Positions 17,823 through 27,825 of a stretch of 64,000 nucleotides of DNA are shown piece by piece; position 1 is the stretch's first letter, and each line of letters starts with the position of its first letter. A model generated the notes under the pieces. It was not told the DNA's origin and did not search any database. It worked only from the letters and a program-made list of their open reading frames with translations. Origin of the DNA: a virus. Position numbers and translations under genes: made by a program. The stretch covers positions 9,061-73,060 of the IMG/VR virus record IMGVR_UViG_3300042892_004373, one strand, 5' to 3'.

Positions 17823-19877
17823 ATGAAGAAATTAAAACTTTATGAGTTATTTACCGGAGAAGAAGGTGAACAACCAAAAACAAAGAAGAAAACTCCGTTC
17901 TTAGACACATATGGTGTTGATATGACTAAACTTGCAGAAGATGATAAACTTGATCCAGTAATAGGTAGACAGAAAGAAATCGAGCAAGTTATATGGATTC
18001 TTTCTAGAAAAAATAAGAATAACCCAGTTATTATTGGTGAGCCAGGTGTTGGTAAAACTGCAATCATTGAAGGTATTGCAAGGCTTATGGTAACAGAGGA
18101 TTGTCCTGAAGCATTAGAGGGTAAAAGAATTATCTCTGTTGATATGGGTACTATTATGGCTGGACAAGGTGGTTTAGAAGCTAAAGTAAAAGCTTTAATG
18201 GATGAACTCCAAGATAATCCAGATATTATTCTTTTTATTGATGAGATTCACTTAATGGTTAATAAAACTGTACCAATTGATATGGCAAATCAAATTAAAC
18301 CGGCTTTGGCAAGAGGTAATATGCGTTTAATTGGAGCAACTACTAATAACGAATTTAGAAATTCGATTGAGAAGGATGGTGCTTTAGAAAGAAGATTTCA
18401 AAAAGTAAATGTTGAAGAGCCATCTATTGAGGATACAATTGAAATTTTAATGAAGATTAAAAATAAATATGAAGACTTTCATAAAGTTTCATATAATGAT
18501 GATGCAATCGAAGCATGTGTTACATTATCAGGTAGATTTATCTCTGATAGATACTTCCCAGATAAAGCAATTGATTTAATGGATGAGGTTGGTGCAAAAA
18601 TGAGAATATCTGCAAAGAAATCTACTCCACCAGAGCTTATAGAAATAGAGAAAGAGTTATCTGAGATAAGAATACAAAAATCAGAATTCTTAAAAGCACA
18701 AAAATATCAAGAAGCAGGTGATTTAAGACCAAGAGAAAATGAATTGGTTGTTAAAGCTATTGAGATTAAGAAGGCTGCGAAAGATATGCCAAGAATTACA
18801 ATTACTAAAGAAGATGTTGAAAGAATTCTTTCTTTAAAAACTGGTATACCTACACAAGTAACTGGTGATGAAGGTAAAAGACTTTTAGGACTAGAAGGTG
18901 AATTAAAGATGCAGATTATTGGACAGGATGAAGCAGTTACAAAAATTGCAAAATCTATTAGAAGAAACAGAGCGGGTTTAAAAGATCCTAATAGACCAGC
19001 AGGTGTATTTCTTTTCTTAGGTTCTACTGGTACTGGTAAAACACATACTGTGAAAACATTAGCAAAGAATGTATTTGGTACTGAGGATGCAATGATTAGA
19101 GTTGATATGTCAGAATATGCGGAGAAACATAATGTTGCTAGAATGATAGGTTCTCCTCCTGGATATGTGGGATATGGTGAAGGTGGTCAATTGACTGAAA
19201 AAGTAAGAAGAAAGCCTTATTGTATTATATTATTTGATGAGTTAGAGAAAGCACACCCTAGTGTAATGGATATCATGTTACAGATTTTTGACGATGGACA
19301 CTTAACAGATGGTGAAGGAAGAAAAGTAGATTTTAGAAATACTATTATTGTTATGACTTCTAACATTGGTGCAAGTGCAGTAAATAATCTTGCAACTCCT
19401 GTTGGATTTGGTGCTGATAAACCAATGGTTAAAGAAGAAAATGCTAAAGCGACAATTAAAGCTGAGTTAAGCAAAAGATTAAAACCTGAGTTTATCAATA
19501 GAATTGATGAAATTATAATATTCTCTTCTTTATCGAAAGAAAATATTTATAAAATTATTGATATTGAGATTAAGAAAGTTGAAAGTAAGTTAAAAGCTAT
19601 GAATTTATCATTAGAGATTACAACTGCTTTTAAAGATTTGTTGATTGACAAAGGATATGATGAAAAGATGGGTGCTCGTCCATTAAAAAGAGCGATTCAA
19701 CATTACTTAGAAGATCCACTTTCAGATGAGATCTTAGGTGGTGAATTAGAAGGAAATGTTTTAGTTGATTATGATCCTTCTACCAATAAAATTTTACTTA
19801 ATGATAAACCATTTGATGTGAATGAGAGTAAAAACTTCAAATATCTTAAACCATTAAATGAATTTTTTAAAAAATAA
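17823..19877 (+). CDS. clpC: Clp ATPase (ClpC/ClpA-type) lacking the N-terminal domain
   Basis: Two AAA+ modules (GEPGVGKT, GSTGTGKT), GYVG pore loop, UVR-like middle domain, VGFG ClpP-docking loop. Confidence 0.88.
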   Translation: MKKLKLYELFTGEEGEQPKTKKKTPFLDTYGVDMTKLAEDDKLDPVIGRQKEIEQVIWILSRKNKNNPVIIGEPGVGKTAIIEGIARLMVTEDCPEALEGKRIISVDMGTIMAGQGGLEAKVKALMDELQDNPDIILFIDEIHLMVNKTVPIDMANQIKPALARGNMRLIGATTNNEFRNSIEKDGALERRFQKVNVEEPSIEDTIEILMKIKNKYEDFHKVSYNDDAIEACVTLSGRFISDRYFPDKAIDLMDEVGAKMRISAKKSTPPELIEIEKELSEIRIQKSEFLKAQKYQEAGDLRPRENELVVKAIEIKKAAKDMPRITITKEDVERILSLKTGIPTQVTGDEGKRLLGLEGELKMQIIGQDEAVTKIAKSIRRNRAGLKDPNRPAGVFLFLGSTGTGKTHTVKTLAKNVFGTEDAMIRVDMSEYAEKHNVARMIGSPPGYVGYGEGGQLTEKVRRKPYCIILFDELEKAHPSVMDIMLQIFDDGHLTDGEGRKVDFRNTIIVMTSNIGASAVNNLATPVGFGADKPMVKEENAKATIKAELSKRLKPEFINRIDEIIIFSSLSKENIYKIIDIEIKKVESKLKAMNLSLEITTAFKDLLIDKGYDEKMGARPLKRAIQHYLEDPLSDEILGGELEGNVLVDYDPSTNKILLNDKPFDVNESKNFKYLKPLNEFFKK

Positions 19878-19910
19878 TAAAAAAACCACTCAAATGAGTG
19901 GTTTTATTTT

Positions 19911-20327
19911 TTATGATTTGTAGAAATCTCCTTTTTCTTCTACATATTTTAATCTTGCTTCTTCGGCTTGAGATCTTAATTTAACATATTCTTTTCTAAG
20001 TAATTGAATTTGTTTTTCTTTTTGACTTGTTTCTAATACAACTTTGAAATCAATAACATTTTTAAGTTTTAAGTACCAGAAGAAGTTATTGATTGACTTT
20101 TGTCCAGTTTTTTTACTAACTAGGAAAAGTCGTCTTGCTAACTTTTTCTTTCCAGTTTGTGTTAAGTGATCAGTCTTAAAGTTTATCCACTCCAAGTGTT
20201 CGTTTACTTCACCATCAACTTTTAATACATATTTTTTATCAATTGCAACTTGTGTTGCCTTTACCATTAGATTTTTTAAGTTTACATCTAATTCATTTAC
20301 TCCTGTGTTTGTTTGTTTTGTGTCCAT
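19911..20327 (-). CDS. Hypothetical basic protein downstream of the amber-containing leader
   Basis: 138-aa ORF with C-terminal coiled coil, followed by terminator. Confidence 0.6.
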   Translation of the reverse strand: MDTKQTNTGVNELDVNLKNLMVKATQVAIDKKYVLKVDGEVNEHLEWINFKTDHLTQTGKKKLARRLFLVSKKTGQKSINNFFWYLKLKNVIDFKVVLETSQKEKQIQLLRKEYVKLRSQAEEARLKYVEEKGDFYKS

Positions 20328-20382
20328 TTTTTTTAATATTTTTTTAGTTATTTTAATAATTTTAATCTTCTAAGTTAAAATA

Positions 20383-20415
20383 TTAAGTTGGACCTCTGAT
20401 TACAATCTATCTCAT
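20383..20415 (-). promoter_or_regulatory. Putative leader peptide with in-frame amber: MR*IVIRGPT
   Basis: ATG AGA TAG ATT GTA ATC AGA GGT CCA ACT TAA in the intergenic region; A-rich upstream; IRGP resembles RAGP/RAPP/RGPP arrest motifs. Confidence 0.5.
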
Positions 20416-20434
20416 GTTGTTTATTATTTTTTGT

Positions 20435-21025
20435 TTATATTTCGTTTACTTTTTTTACCTTAAATAGTCTATTTATATTATCAAGTTTTGCTTTAATATC
20501 ATCAACTAACTGTCTTTGAACTTTTGTGAAGGTTCTACCTTCTTCCATCGCATCAACTATTGCACAAGTTTCATTGTAATAGTTAGTTCTGAATCTTTCG
20601 GATGCAGTAAATGCGTCAGCAATGTTATTAAATCTATCTGAAAGTTTAATAGTGAATGCTTTATCAGACATATTTAACATTTTATTGATTAGATATGTTA
20701 CTTTACTACCATTATATTTATGTTTGATTTCATCTGTATTAGAGGTTAGTTCTAACATAAGGTCTGCAACTTCTTTACCAAAGAGTTCTTTTACATCTAC
20801 ATAAGCATCCCAAATATCATCGTAACAATCTTCTGCCACATCGTGAAGTAATGCTGCAATTAAAGTAGCTTCATCAGTAGTGTACAACTTTAATGTACCA
20901 TTTACTTTTTGTACGTGTGCATCAAAGTAAGACTCTCCTGTAAATTTTCTTACTTGATCTTTATGTGCTCTTTGGGCAAATTCCCAAGCTAGTTTTTCTT
21001 TTGATGTGATAGGTGCGTTCGCCAT
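20435..21025 (-). CDS. HD-domain (p)ppGpp hydrolase-like protein (SpoT/Mesh1 type)
   Basis: AHKDQVRK..Y..H, AALLHDVAED, IKLSDRFNN. Confidence 0.8.
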   Translation of the reverse strand: MANAPITSKEKLAWEFAQRAHKDQVRKFTGESYFDAHVQKVNGTLKLYTTDEATLIAALLHDVAEDCYDDIWDAYVDVKELFGKEVADLMLELTSNTDEIKHKYNGSKVTYLINKMLNMSDKAFTIKLSDRFNNIADAFTASERFRTNYYNETCAIVDAMEEGRTFTKVQRQLVDDIKAKLDNINRLFKVKKVNEI

Positions 21026-21066
21026 AACTCTTTTCTTTTTATATATTATAATGCAAATATATGATT

Positions 21067-21429
21067 TTATTTTATATATTCCTCAAATTCCTTATAGACT
21101 CTTTCCATAAATCTTTTTTCTTTATCTGTTATACCTGCACCAAGATCAAATACAAACCTACTCTTTATCATTTCCCAATTCTCCTCCTTTGTTTTATCTT
21201 CATCATAATAGTCTGAGATAATATCAACATAGTCTCTACAGTAAATATCTACTTTACTTCCTTTCATAGTAGATATATAGTTGTCATTTTCATCAATATA
21301 TGAGTAGTGACCATCATAATATCCTGGTATTCTTGCAGCACCTATTGGCACACCACCGTACATTCTTACATGTGATTCTCCTGTTGGGTCAGCGTCTTCT
21401 AACATTTTTATAAATTCTTTTGTTGTCAT
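21067..21429 (-). CDS. Hypothetical protein
   Basis: ORF closely coupled within the operon. Confidence 0.6.
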   Translation of the reverse strand: MTTKEFIKMLEDADPTGESHVRMYGGVPIGAARIPGYYDGHYSYIDENDNYISTMKGSKVDIYCRDYVDIISDYYDEDKTKEENWEMIKSRFVFDLGAGITDKEKRFMERVYKEFEEYIK

Positions 21430-21431
21430 AA

Positions 21432-22352
21432 TTATTGTTTATTTTTTAATAGATCTAGTACTTGTTTACCTCTTTTATCTAATTGTTTAAATTTTATTTT
21501 AAAGGAAGTGCTTTCAATACCACCAAACATTGTCGCATTAGAGTGTAATTCACAAAGTGCTGTTACTAATAATGTTAAAACGGTTTCGATTGAATTACTT
21601 TTAACAAAGTCTTCTACTTCATCTGATTTAATAGTATGAAATATCATATCTTTTAGGATTAAATCTGCAACTACTTTGTTATCAGAAATCTTTGAGAATG
21701 TATCAAATGAAACTTGTGTGTGGTTTGGAAAGTGTCTTTTACCTTGTTCGTCAATTGTCATACAGTAAGGCTTACCACAATCGTGCATTACTTGATATTC
21801 TTTAATATCTTCTAATGAATGAATATTATTTAAGATAAACTCTTTATTATCGGTGAACCAAGTTGGTAATTTCCAGTTATTGGTATCACCACTGATAAGT
21901 TTGTCAAAGTGTTTAGCAACAGATATACCATGTTCTAATATATTTTGGGTATCGGTTTGAGGTGTGGCTATCATGTCATAGATAACTTGTTGATAAGTAA
22001 GTTTTGGTTTTTTACCTAAAAGTGGAAGATATGAAACTTTCTTTCTGACATCTTTATCTGCGTATAAACAAATAGATGTAAGTTCATCGTTTAAATCAGG
22101 TTCGTAAAATTTTGTGACTGAGGTAAGTTTGAATAACTTTAAGTATAAGTCATTTAATTCTTTTTCGTTGTTTACTTGTAAACAAATGATAGAATTAGAT
22201 GTAGTTTTCCATTCTTTAAATTGTTGTGGAAACTCGTGTGCAAAGTCTGCGACAGAGTGTGTAGATTGTTGTGCTTGGTAGCCTGGAGTTAAATCACTTC
22301 TTGTGATAACTACTAATTTTGCTTGGTCTTTGTTAATCTAAGTGTTTTTCAT
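21432..22352 (-). CDS. Peptidyl-tRNA hydrolase 2 (Pth2)-HD domain fusion with in-frame TAG at codon 5
   Basis: ATG AAA AAC ACT TAG ATT... then 121 open codons (KLVVITRSDLTPGYQAQQSTHSVADF..EPDL..ELTSIC, Pth2-like) in frame with track ORF 21432-21974 (HG..V, HDCGKP HD motif); ATG is 2 nt after the upstream stop. Confidence 0.8.
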
Positions 22353-22354
22353 AA

Positions 22355-22543
22355 TTACTTGTTTTTATTTTTTAAAAATTCTTGTTCTTTTTTTGTAAGA
22401 CTTTTCATACCTTTTTCTGAAATTTTATCCAAAATTCGATTTAGTTCGTCTTCGTTTTCTTTTTTTATTGAGTTGTATTCATAATCATCTATAAACCTTT
22501 TCTCAACTTTTCTTTTAAATAGTTTTTTAAACCAACTTAACAT
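22355..22543 (-). CDS. Small protein with DUF6576-like ILDKIxxxGxxSLT motif
   Basis: ELNRILDKISEKGMKSLTKKEQEFL. Confidence 0.6.
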   Translation of the reverse strand: MLSWFKKLFKRKVEKRFIDDYEYNSIKKENEDELNRILDKISEKGMKSLTKKEQEFLKNKNK

Positions 22544-22567
22544 TGTTTATATATTAAATTTTTGTTG

Positions 22568-22633
22568 TGGCGATGGAGGGAATCGAACCCTCGGTCTTGA
22601 GTTTTAGAGGCTCTGACCAGGCCTTACAAAGCC
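22568..22633 (-). tRNA. Reduced amber-suppressor-type tRNA (anticodon CUA), 66 nt
   Basis: T-arm GAGGG-TTCGATT-CCCTC, loop CTCTAAA (anticodon 22605-22607), acceptor GGCTTTG/CATCGCC-A with two mismatches, D-arm tiny or absent; own TATCTTTG promoter. Confidence 0.75.
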
Positions 22634-22684
22634 ATTATTATTTTATCTTCTACAAAGATACAACTAATTTTTAATCTACCAAAT

Positions 22685-22894
22685 TTATTCTTGTTTTTTT
22701 AAATCATCAATTGCATATTGTTCTAATATCTCTGGATTGTGTTTCCATTCTTTCCAAAATTCAAAGTCCTTCAGTCTTTCTAATGTTTCTTTTGGTATTA
22801 AAACAAATCCATCTGGTGCAACTGCACCAAATTTATAATAATGTGCGTTCTTAATTTTTTCTTTGATTTCTTCTGTAATATTTCTTGGGTTCAT
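22685..22894 (-). CDS. Hypothetical protein
   Basis: ORF. Confidence 0.5.
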   Translation of the reverse strand: MNPRNITEEIKEKIKNAHYYKFGAVAPDGFVLIPKETLERLKDFEFWKEWKHNPEILEQYAIDDLKKQE

Positions 22895-23189
22895 CTTGTT
22901 CTTTTATATTTATTGTCTCAACTTTTTTAAAATTTAATAACCATTTGTATATTTTTGGTGAGATTATAAATACTAATTTCTCTATATTGGTTCTCCAAAC
23001 ATTTTCCCAAGTACCAACATTACAAGTGTTACACTCTTTATTATATTGTTGATGTGCACTACATAGTGAGAACCATCTTTCTCTAAAAAAAAATCTACCT
23101 TTATCTCTCATATGATATTTATCTAAAAAGTCATTTATTTTTTTGTTTACTACTTTATCTTTAGTAAAGTATTTCTTATGTCTATCCAT
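22851..23189 (-). CDS. Hypothetical protein (CSAH..CxxC putative Zn site)
   Basis: ORF. Confidence 0.5.
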   Translation of the reverse strand: MDRHKKYFTKDKVVNKKINDFLDKYHMRDKGRFFFRERWFSLCSAHQQYNKECNTCNVGTWENVWRTNIEKLVFIISPKIYKWLLNFKKVETINIKEQDEPKKYYRRNQRKN

Positions 23190-23233
23190 TCCATTCTCTC
23201 TCGCATTTGTAGATTATATACAAAAGTTGATAC

Positions 23234-24490
23234 TTAGTTTAATTTAGCTCGGATTCCAGGTGTATATATCTCCAACAATTGTATCAATTGTTCTTTACAC
23301 TCTGTAGTCAATGCTTTATTTTTGTTTTGATTCAACAAAATCATAAATGAACTTACAACTTTGTTGAACTTAAAAGCATCAGTAAAATCAAATATAGTTT
23401 TTTTGAATGATTCTATATCAATAGTTTCTTCTCCAGTTTTATACAACCAAGTTTTCATTCTACCAATAAATCTTCTAATTCCAATTATATTTTCATCTGA
23501 CCAAGAACCCCCATCAAAGTAGTGACCAATAAACATCAAATAAAATCTGATTTCATCTGAATCATATCCATCCAAACTAACTACATTTCCTTTAGATTTA
23601 GACATTTTTTCTCCCTCATTCAAAATCATTCCTTGATGTACCAACTTAGTTATTGGTTCTTCAAAGTCGATAAATCCAATATCATACAAAAACATTGTAA
23701 TAAATCTGATATAAATCAAGTGCATACAAGCATGCTCTGATCCACCAACATACAAATCAACTGGCTTAGGTTTAATACCTTTCATAATACAATAGATGAT
23801 GGTGTAGATAGAACTATCTACAAATGTATCCATTGTATCAGTTTCTCCATCAATAGGAATAGGACAACCCCAACTTCTTTGTCTTGAAACACACCAGTCA
23901 TGTTGATTTTCCAACCAATTTCTTTGCGACTTTATTGTAGATTCTGGAAAGTCAATCTTATCCAAACCTGCAATCAATCTTTCTTTATAATCTGTGATTT
24001 TGAAGTACCATTGGTTCAATGTTTTCTTTTCTACTTCTGTAGAACATCTTTCACATTTACCATCTTTTACTTGTTCTCTTGCCAATACGGTTTCACAACT
24101 ATTACAGAAGTCAACTTCACCATCTTTCTTATAAGCCAAACCTTTGTCATACAATTGTTTAAACAACCATTGTGTGTACTCAATATAGTCGGGATTTGAA
24201 GTAACCAAAATTTCTTCGTATTGGGTATTCATATTTTCCATTTGTTTCTGGAAATTTTGTATATTTTCGTAGGTAACTTCTCTTGGATCTCTACCTACTT
24301 TTTTTGCATAATTCTCTGCTGGCAAGCCGAATGCGTCATATCCAAAAGGTTGAAATACGGTATCACCTTTATATCTCAAGTATCTGCAGTAACTATCCAT
24401 AATGGCATAGTTATACCAGTGACCACAATGCAATCCTGATCCACTTGGATAAGGAAACATTACAGTTACATATTTATAATTATCAGTCAT
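23234..24490 (-). CDS. leuS: Minimal leucyl-tRNA synthetase (no CP1 editing domain, 418 aa)
   Basis: MFPYPSG, HCGH (HIGH), GYDAFGLPAEN, DWCVSRQRSWG, DTMDTF, GGSEHA, KMSKS. Confidence 0.9.
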   Translation of the reverse strand: MTDNYKYVTVMFPYPSGSGLHCGHWYNYAIMDSYCRYLRYKGDTVFQPFGYDAFGLPAENYAKKVGRDPREVTYENIQNFQKQMENMNTQYEEILVTSNPDYIEYTQWLFKQLYDKGLAYKKDGEVDFCNSCETVLAREQVKDGKCERCSTEVEKKTLNQWYFKITDYKERLIAGLDKIDFPESTIKSQRNWLENQHDWCVSRQRSWGCPIPIDGETDTMDTFVDSSIYTIIYCIMKGIKPKPVDLYVGGSEHACMHLIYIRFITMFLYDIGFIDFEEPITKLVHQGMILNEGEKMSKSKGNVVSLDGYDSDEIRFYLMFIGHYFDGGSWSDENIIGIRRFIGRMKTWLYKTGEETIDIESFKKTIFDFTDAFKFNKVVSSFMILLNQNKNKALTTECKEQLIQLLEIYTPGIRAKLN

Positions 24491-24553
24491 TTTATTTATA
24501 TTTTTAATTTATGCTTAGTTGCAAATATAATATTAAAATTTAATATATACACT

Positions 24554-25606
24554 ATGAAATACATTAAATCGAAGGAAGATTATCTAATAAACGAGAAGAT
24601 AGAGATAAGTTGGAAAGAGCTTATTATAGGATTAGGTATTATTTATGGAATAAATCATTATTTTGGTGAGGAAAGATTACCTCATATGAGTGGTAAAGAG
24701 ATAGATAAGACTATTAATGATATAAATAATGCACCTTCTAAAGAGGAAGATGCATTTATTAAAAAAATTAGAGAAGATTTAATTTCTGATATTGAGGAAA
24801 CAAATAATTTAGATTCGATAAGGAAGAAAAGAGTTATATCTGTTATTAAGAGTATAAAATTTGTTTGTGTCGATACTCGAACTATGCAAATAATTGGTGA
24901 AGATAAAGATGTTATGGCTTGTTACTTTAGACACTTTAACGAAAAGATGCAACAGGTTAGTGCTATTATAGTTGATAGAAAACGACTTAGTTCATTAGGT
25001 GCAAGTTCGATAATTATCCATGAGCTTAGACATTTAGTTGATGATGTTTTAGAAGGTGATGCGTTTGATAGTGAGAATTATAGTGAATTTACCAATATAG
25101 TAGATATTTTAGATAAGGATATAGTATTAGGAACTCCGGTTGGTAAAAAAAGATTAAAACAAAAAATAGATTTTTACTCTAGAAATTTAGTTGAATTGGC
25201 AATTGGTGGAAAAATAGAGGATATTAAAAGTGAAAAAGGTAGGAAAGAAGTAGAAGAAGTACAAGATCAATTTAAAAATAACTTTATTGGAATGTTTGAT
25301 AATAAAGAAGATACTAAGTATTTAACTTCTCCTGCCGAAGTTTATGTTAGATTTCACGGTTTAAAAAGATGGATGATCAAGAATGGTTATTTAAAAGATA
25401 TGAATGATATTATAACACAGGAAAAGATTATTCAAGTTTTAGGTGATGATAGGATTATAAAAGAACACGGTAAATATGATTTAGATTTCATTGAGTTTTT
25501 ATTCTACTTAGATGTTGATTTTACTGGTAAAGAGCCACATGATATGAAAAAGGTTAACTCAATAGTTGCAAACTATACAGATTATTTAAACAAACCTAGT
25601 GTTTAA
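24554..25606 (+). CDS. Putative zincin metallopeptidase with N-terminal tag and TM segment
   Basis: IIHELRHLVD HExxH, downstream YLTSPAE. Confidence 0.6.
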   Translation: MKYIKSKEDYLINEKIEISWKELIIGLGIIYGINHYFGEERLPHMSGKEIDKTINDINNAPSKEEDAFIKKIREDLISDIEETNNLDSIRKKRVISVIKSIKFVCVDTRTMQIIGEDKDVMACYFRHFNEKMQQVSAIIVDRKRLSSLGASSIIIHELRHLVDDVLEGDAFDSENYSEFTNIVDILDKDIVLGTPVGKKRLKQKIDFYSRNLVELAIGGKIEDIKSEKGRKEVEEVQDQFKNNFIGMFDNKEDTKYLTSPAEVYVRFHGLKRWMIKNGYLKDMNDIITQEKIIQVLGDDRIIKEHGKYDLDFIEFLFYLDVDFTGKEPHDMKKVNSIVANYTDYLNKPSV

Positions 25607-25787
25607 ATAAGATATCAAACCAGTTACGTTTAAGTAACTGGTTTAATTTTTTATCTCTTTTTTCGATTATATAATAATCCTTACAAGTATCACAAATATA
25701 ATTTGATAATGGCTTATGATTTCTAGGATCGATAATTGATTCATCTATTACTCCGCATTTCTCACAACAAACTATCATTGATACCAT
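25596..25787 (-). CDS. Small Zn-ribbon protein with RDxKL tag
   Basis: CEKC..CDTC; KRDKKLNQLL. Confidence 0.5.
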   Translation of the reverse strand: MVSMIVCCEKCGVIDESIIDPRNHKPLSNYICDTCKDYYIIEKRDKKLNQLLKRNWFDILFKH

Positions 25788-26260
25788 TATAAAGTATATT
25801 TTTTTATCATATCTGGACCACCAAATTGTTCAATCTTTCTAATTGCAGAAGAAGAAATATGTTCAAACTCTTGATCACACGTAATATAAACTACATTTAT
25901 ATCCTTTTTAAAGTCATTTATAAATCTCATTTGATTTACTTCATAATCTAAGTCAACACCATTTCTTAAACCTCTAATTATAACTACGTTATAATTTTCT
26001 TTCTCATAGTCTTCTACAAGTTCGTGTAAGAATTTACTATAAGTAATCACATTTCGATTTATTTTTTGAGAAATAGTCTTGGCTTTATTATCTTGTTCAA
26101 ATAAGTACGACTTATCGTTTGTATTTACTTTATCTGGATTGATACCGATTGCAGTAATTACATTTCCTTTTCCAAAAATACGTTCTGCTTTCTCTAAAAT
26201 GTTTATGTGTCCAATATGAATTGGATTAAACGAGCCTGGATAAATTGCAATTGTTTTCAT
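25787..26260 (-). CDS. coaD: Phosphopantetheine adenylyltransferase
   Basis: YPGSFNPIHIGH, IRGLRN, ISSSAIR. Confidence 0.88.
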   Translation of the reverse strand: MKTIAIYPGSFNPIHIGHINILEKAERIFGKGNVITAIGINPDKVNTNDKSYLFEQDNKAKTISQKINRNVITYSKFLHELVEDYEKENYNVVIIRGLRNGVDLDYEVNQMRFINDFKKDINVVYITCDQEFEHISSSAIRKIEQFGGPDMIKKYTL

Positions 26261-26288
26261 ACAACAAAGATAGTAAAATTTTTGATAA

Positions 26289-27218
26289 CTATTCTAAACT
26301 TGCTAAATATCTTTCAGAATCTAAAGCAGCCATACATCCAGTACCTGCCGCAGTAATTGCTTGTCTATAAACATGGTCTGCTACATCACCTGCCGCAAAT
26401 ACTCCAGGTATATTTGTTTGTGTAGAACCTGGTTTAGTTATAATATAACCAGTCTCATCCAATTCAAGTTCTGTGAATATATCTGTATTTGGTTTATGAC
26501 CAATTGCTAGAAAGAATCCAGTTGTTGGTATCTCACTAACTTCTTCAGTTTTAGTATTTTTAACTCTGATTTTAGTAACTACTTGGTCATCACCAATAAC
26601 TTCTTCTGTTATGGTATTCATAAGTATTTCAATATTCTCTGTATTCTTGACTCTATCAACCATAATCTTAGAAGCTCTAAAGTCACTTCTTACTAACATA
26701 GTTACTTTACTACAGATTTTTGATAAATAGTGAGCTTCTTCACATGCACTATCCCCCGCTCCGACTACTATAACCTCTTGATTTTTATAAAAGAAACCAT
26801 CACAGATTGCACATGCACTAACCCCGCCACCTAACTCAAGATATTGTTGTTCACCTTTTACACCAGAATATTTTGCTGTTGCTCCTGTAGATATGATAAC
26901 TGTATCACAGTGTATCTCTTTATCGTTTATAAAGACTTTCTTTATTGTATTACTAAAATCTACCTTAGTGACCCAACCATCTCTTATATCAGCACCAAAT
27001 CGTTTAGCTTGTTCCTCAAATTGTTGCATCATTTCTGGACCGGTAACTCCATCAGGGTATCCAGGAAAGTTTTCTACTTCGTTTGTTGTTGTTAGTTGAC
27101 CACCTGGTTGAAGACCTTGATATAAAACGGGGTTCATATTTGCTCGAGCAGCGTAGATTGCTGCAGTAAAACCGCTAGGTCCTGAACCTATGATTAAACA
27201 TTTTACTTTTTCTATCAT
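26289..27218 (-). CDS. trxB: Thioredoxin reductase
   Basis: GSGPSG, CAICDG, GAGDSA, AAGDV, QAITAAG. Confidence 0.96.
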   Translation of the reverse strand: MIEKVKCLIIGSGPSGFTAAIYAARANMNPVLYQGLQPGGQLTTTNEVENFPGYPDGVTGPEMMQQFEEQAKRFGADIRDGWVTKVDFSNTIKKVFINDKEIHCDTVIISTGATAKYSGVKGEQQYLELGGGVSACAICDGFFYKNQEVIVVGAGDSACEEAHYLSKICSKVTMLVRSDFRASKIMVDRVKNTENIEILMNTITEEVIGDDQVVTKIRVKNTKTEEVSEIPTTGFFLAIGHKPNTDIFTELELDETGYIITKPGSTQTNIPGVFAAGDVADHVYRQAITAAGTGCMAALDSERYLASLE

Positions 27219-27281
27219 AAAATTTATATTATTTAGTATTTGTTATACTAAAAATTATAAAAAATGTTTATATTTGTAGTT

Positions 27282-27716
27282 ATGAATACACACATCAAAT
27301 TGAGAGAGATAGGATTTACTAAGACTGCTTTTCACAAACCTTATGAATACATGGATGGTGGTACTAATAATATGGTACTAGATAACGTTGTAAAAAAATG
27401 GGGTCAACGAAAAGACGGTACTTATGGTTGGACAGAAATACCAAAATTACATCCTAAGTCTAACTCTTTTTGGAAATTGGTTTTTAATGAAAGACATACA
27501 ATTTGGGTATCTGTTGTGAATAATAATATAGATAAGGTTTGGATAGAAGATAAGGAAATAAAAAGACCTCTTGGTTACGGTACTAGAAATGAGAGTCCAT
27601 TAAAAACTATCTATACATATGAAACTATAAATAAAATAATAAGTAAAAGACAAATAATCAATTTACTACCAGCTGCCATAAAAAGAGATTTTATAATTAG
27701 AGATTTATTAAAATAA
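27282..27716 (+). CDS. Hypothetical protein with RDxxI tag
   Basis: Ends KRDFIIRDLLK; TATATTTG promoter just upstream. Confidence 0.55.
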   Translation: MNTHIKLREIGFTKTAFHKPYEYMDGGTNNMVLDNVVKKWGQRKDGTYGWTEIPKLHPKSNSFWKLVFNERHTIWVSVVNNNIDKVWIEDKEIKRPLGYGTRNESPLKTIYTYETINKIISKRQIINLLPAAIKRDFIIRDLLK

Positions 27717-27825
27717 TGAAAGATATATTCGTAATGAAATCATATAGTGAAGCCGCTAAACGACTTAAAAAATTAGCAAAACGAAATATGAGAGTACTTT
27801 TAAGAAAAGAAAAAATAAAAAAGAT

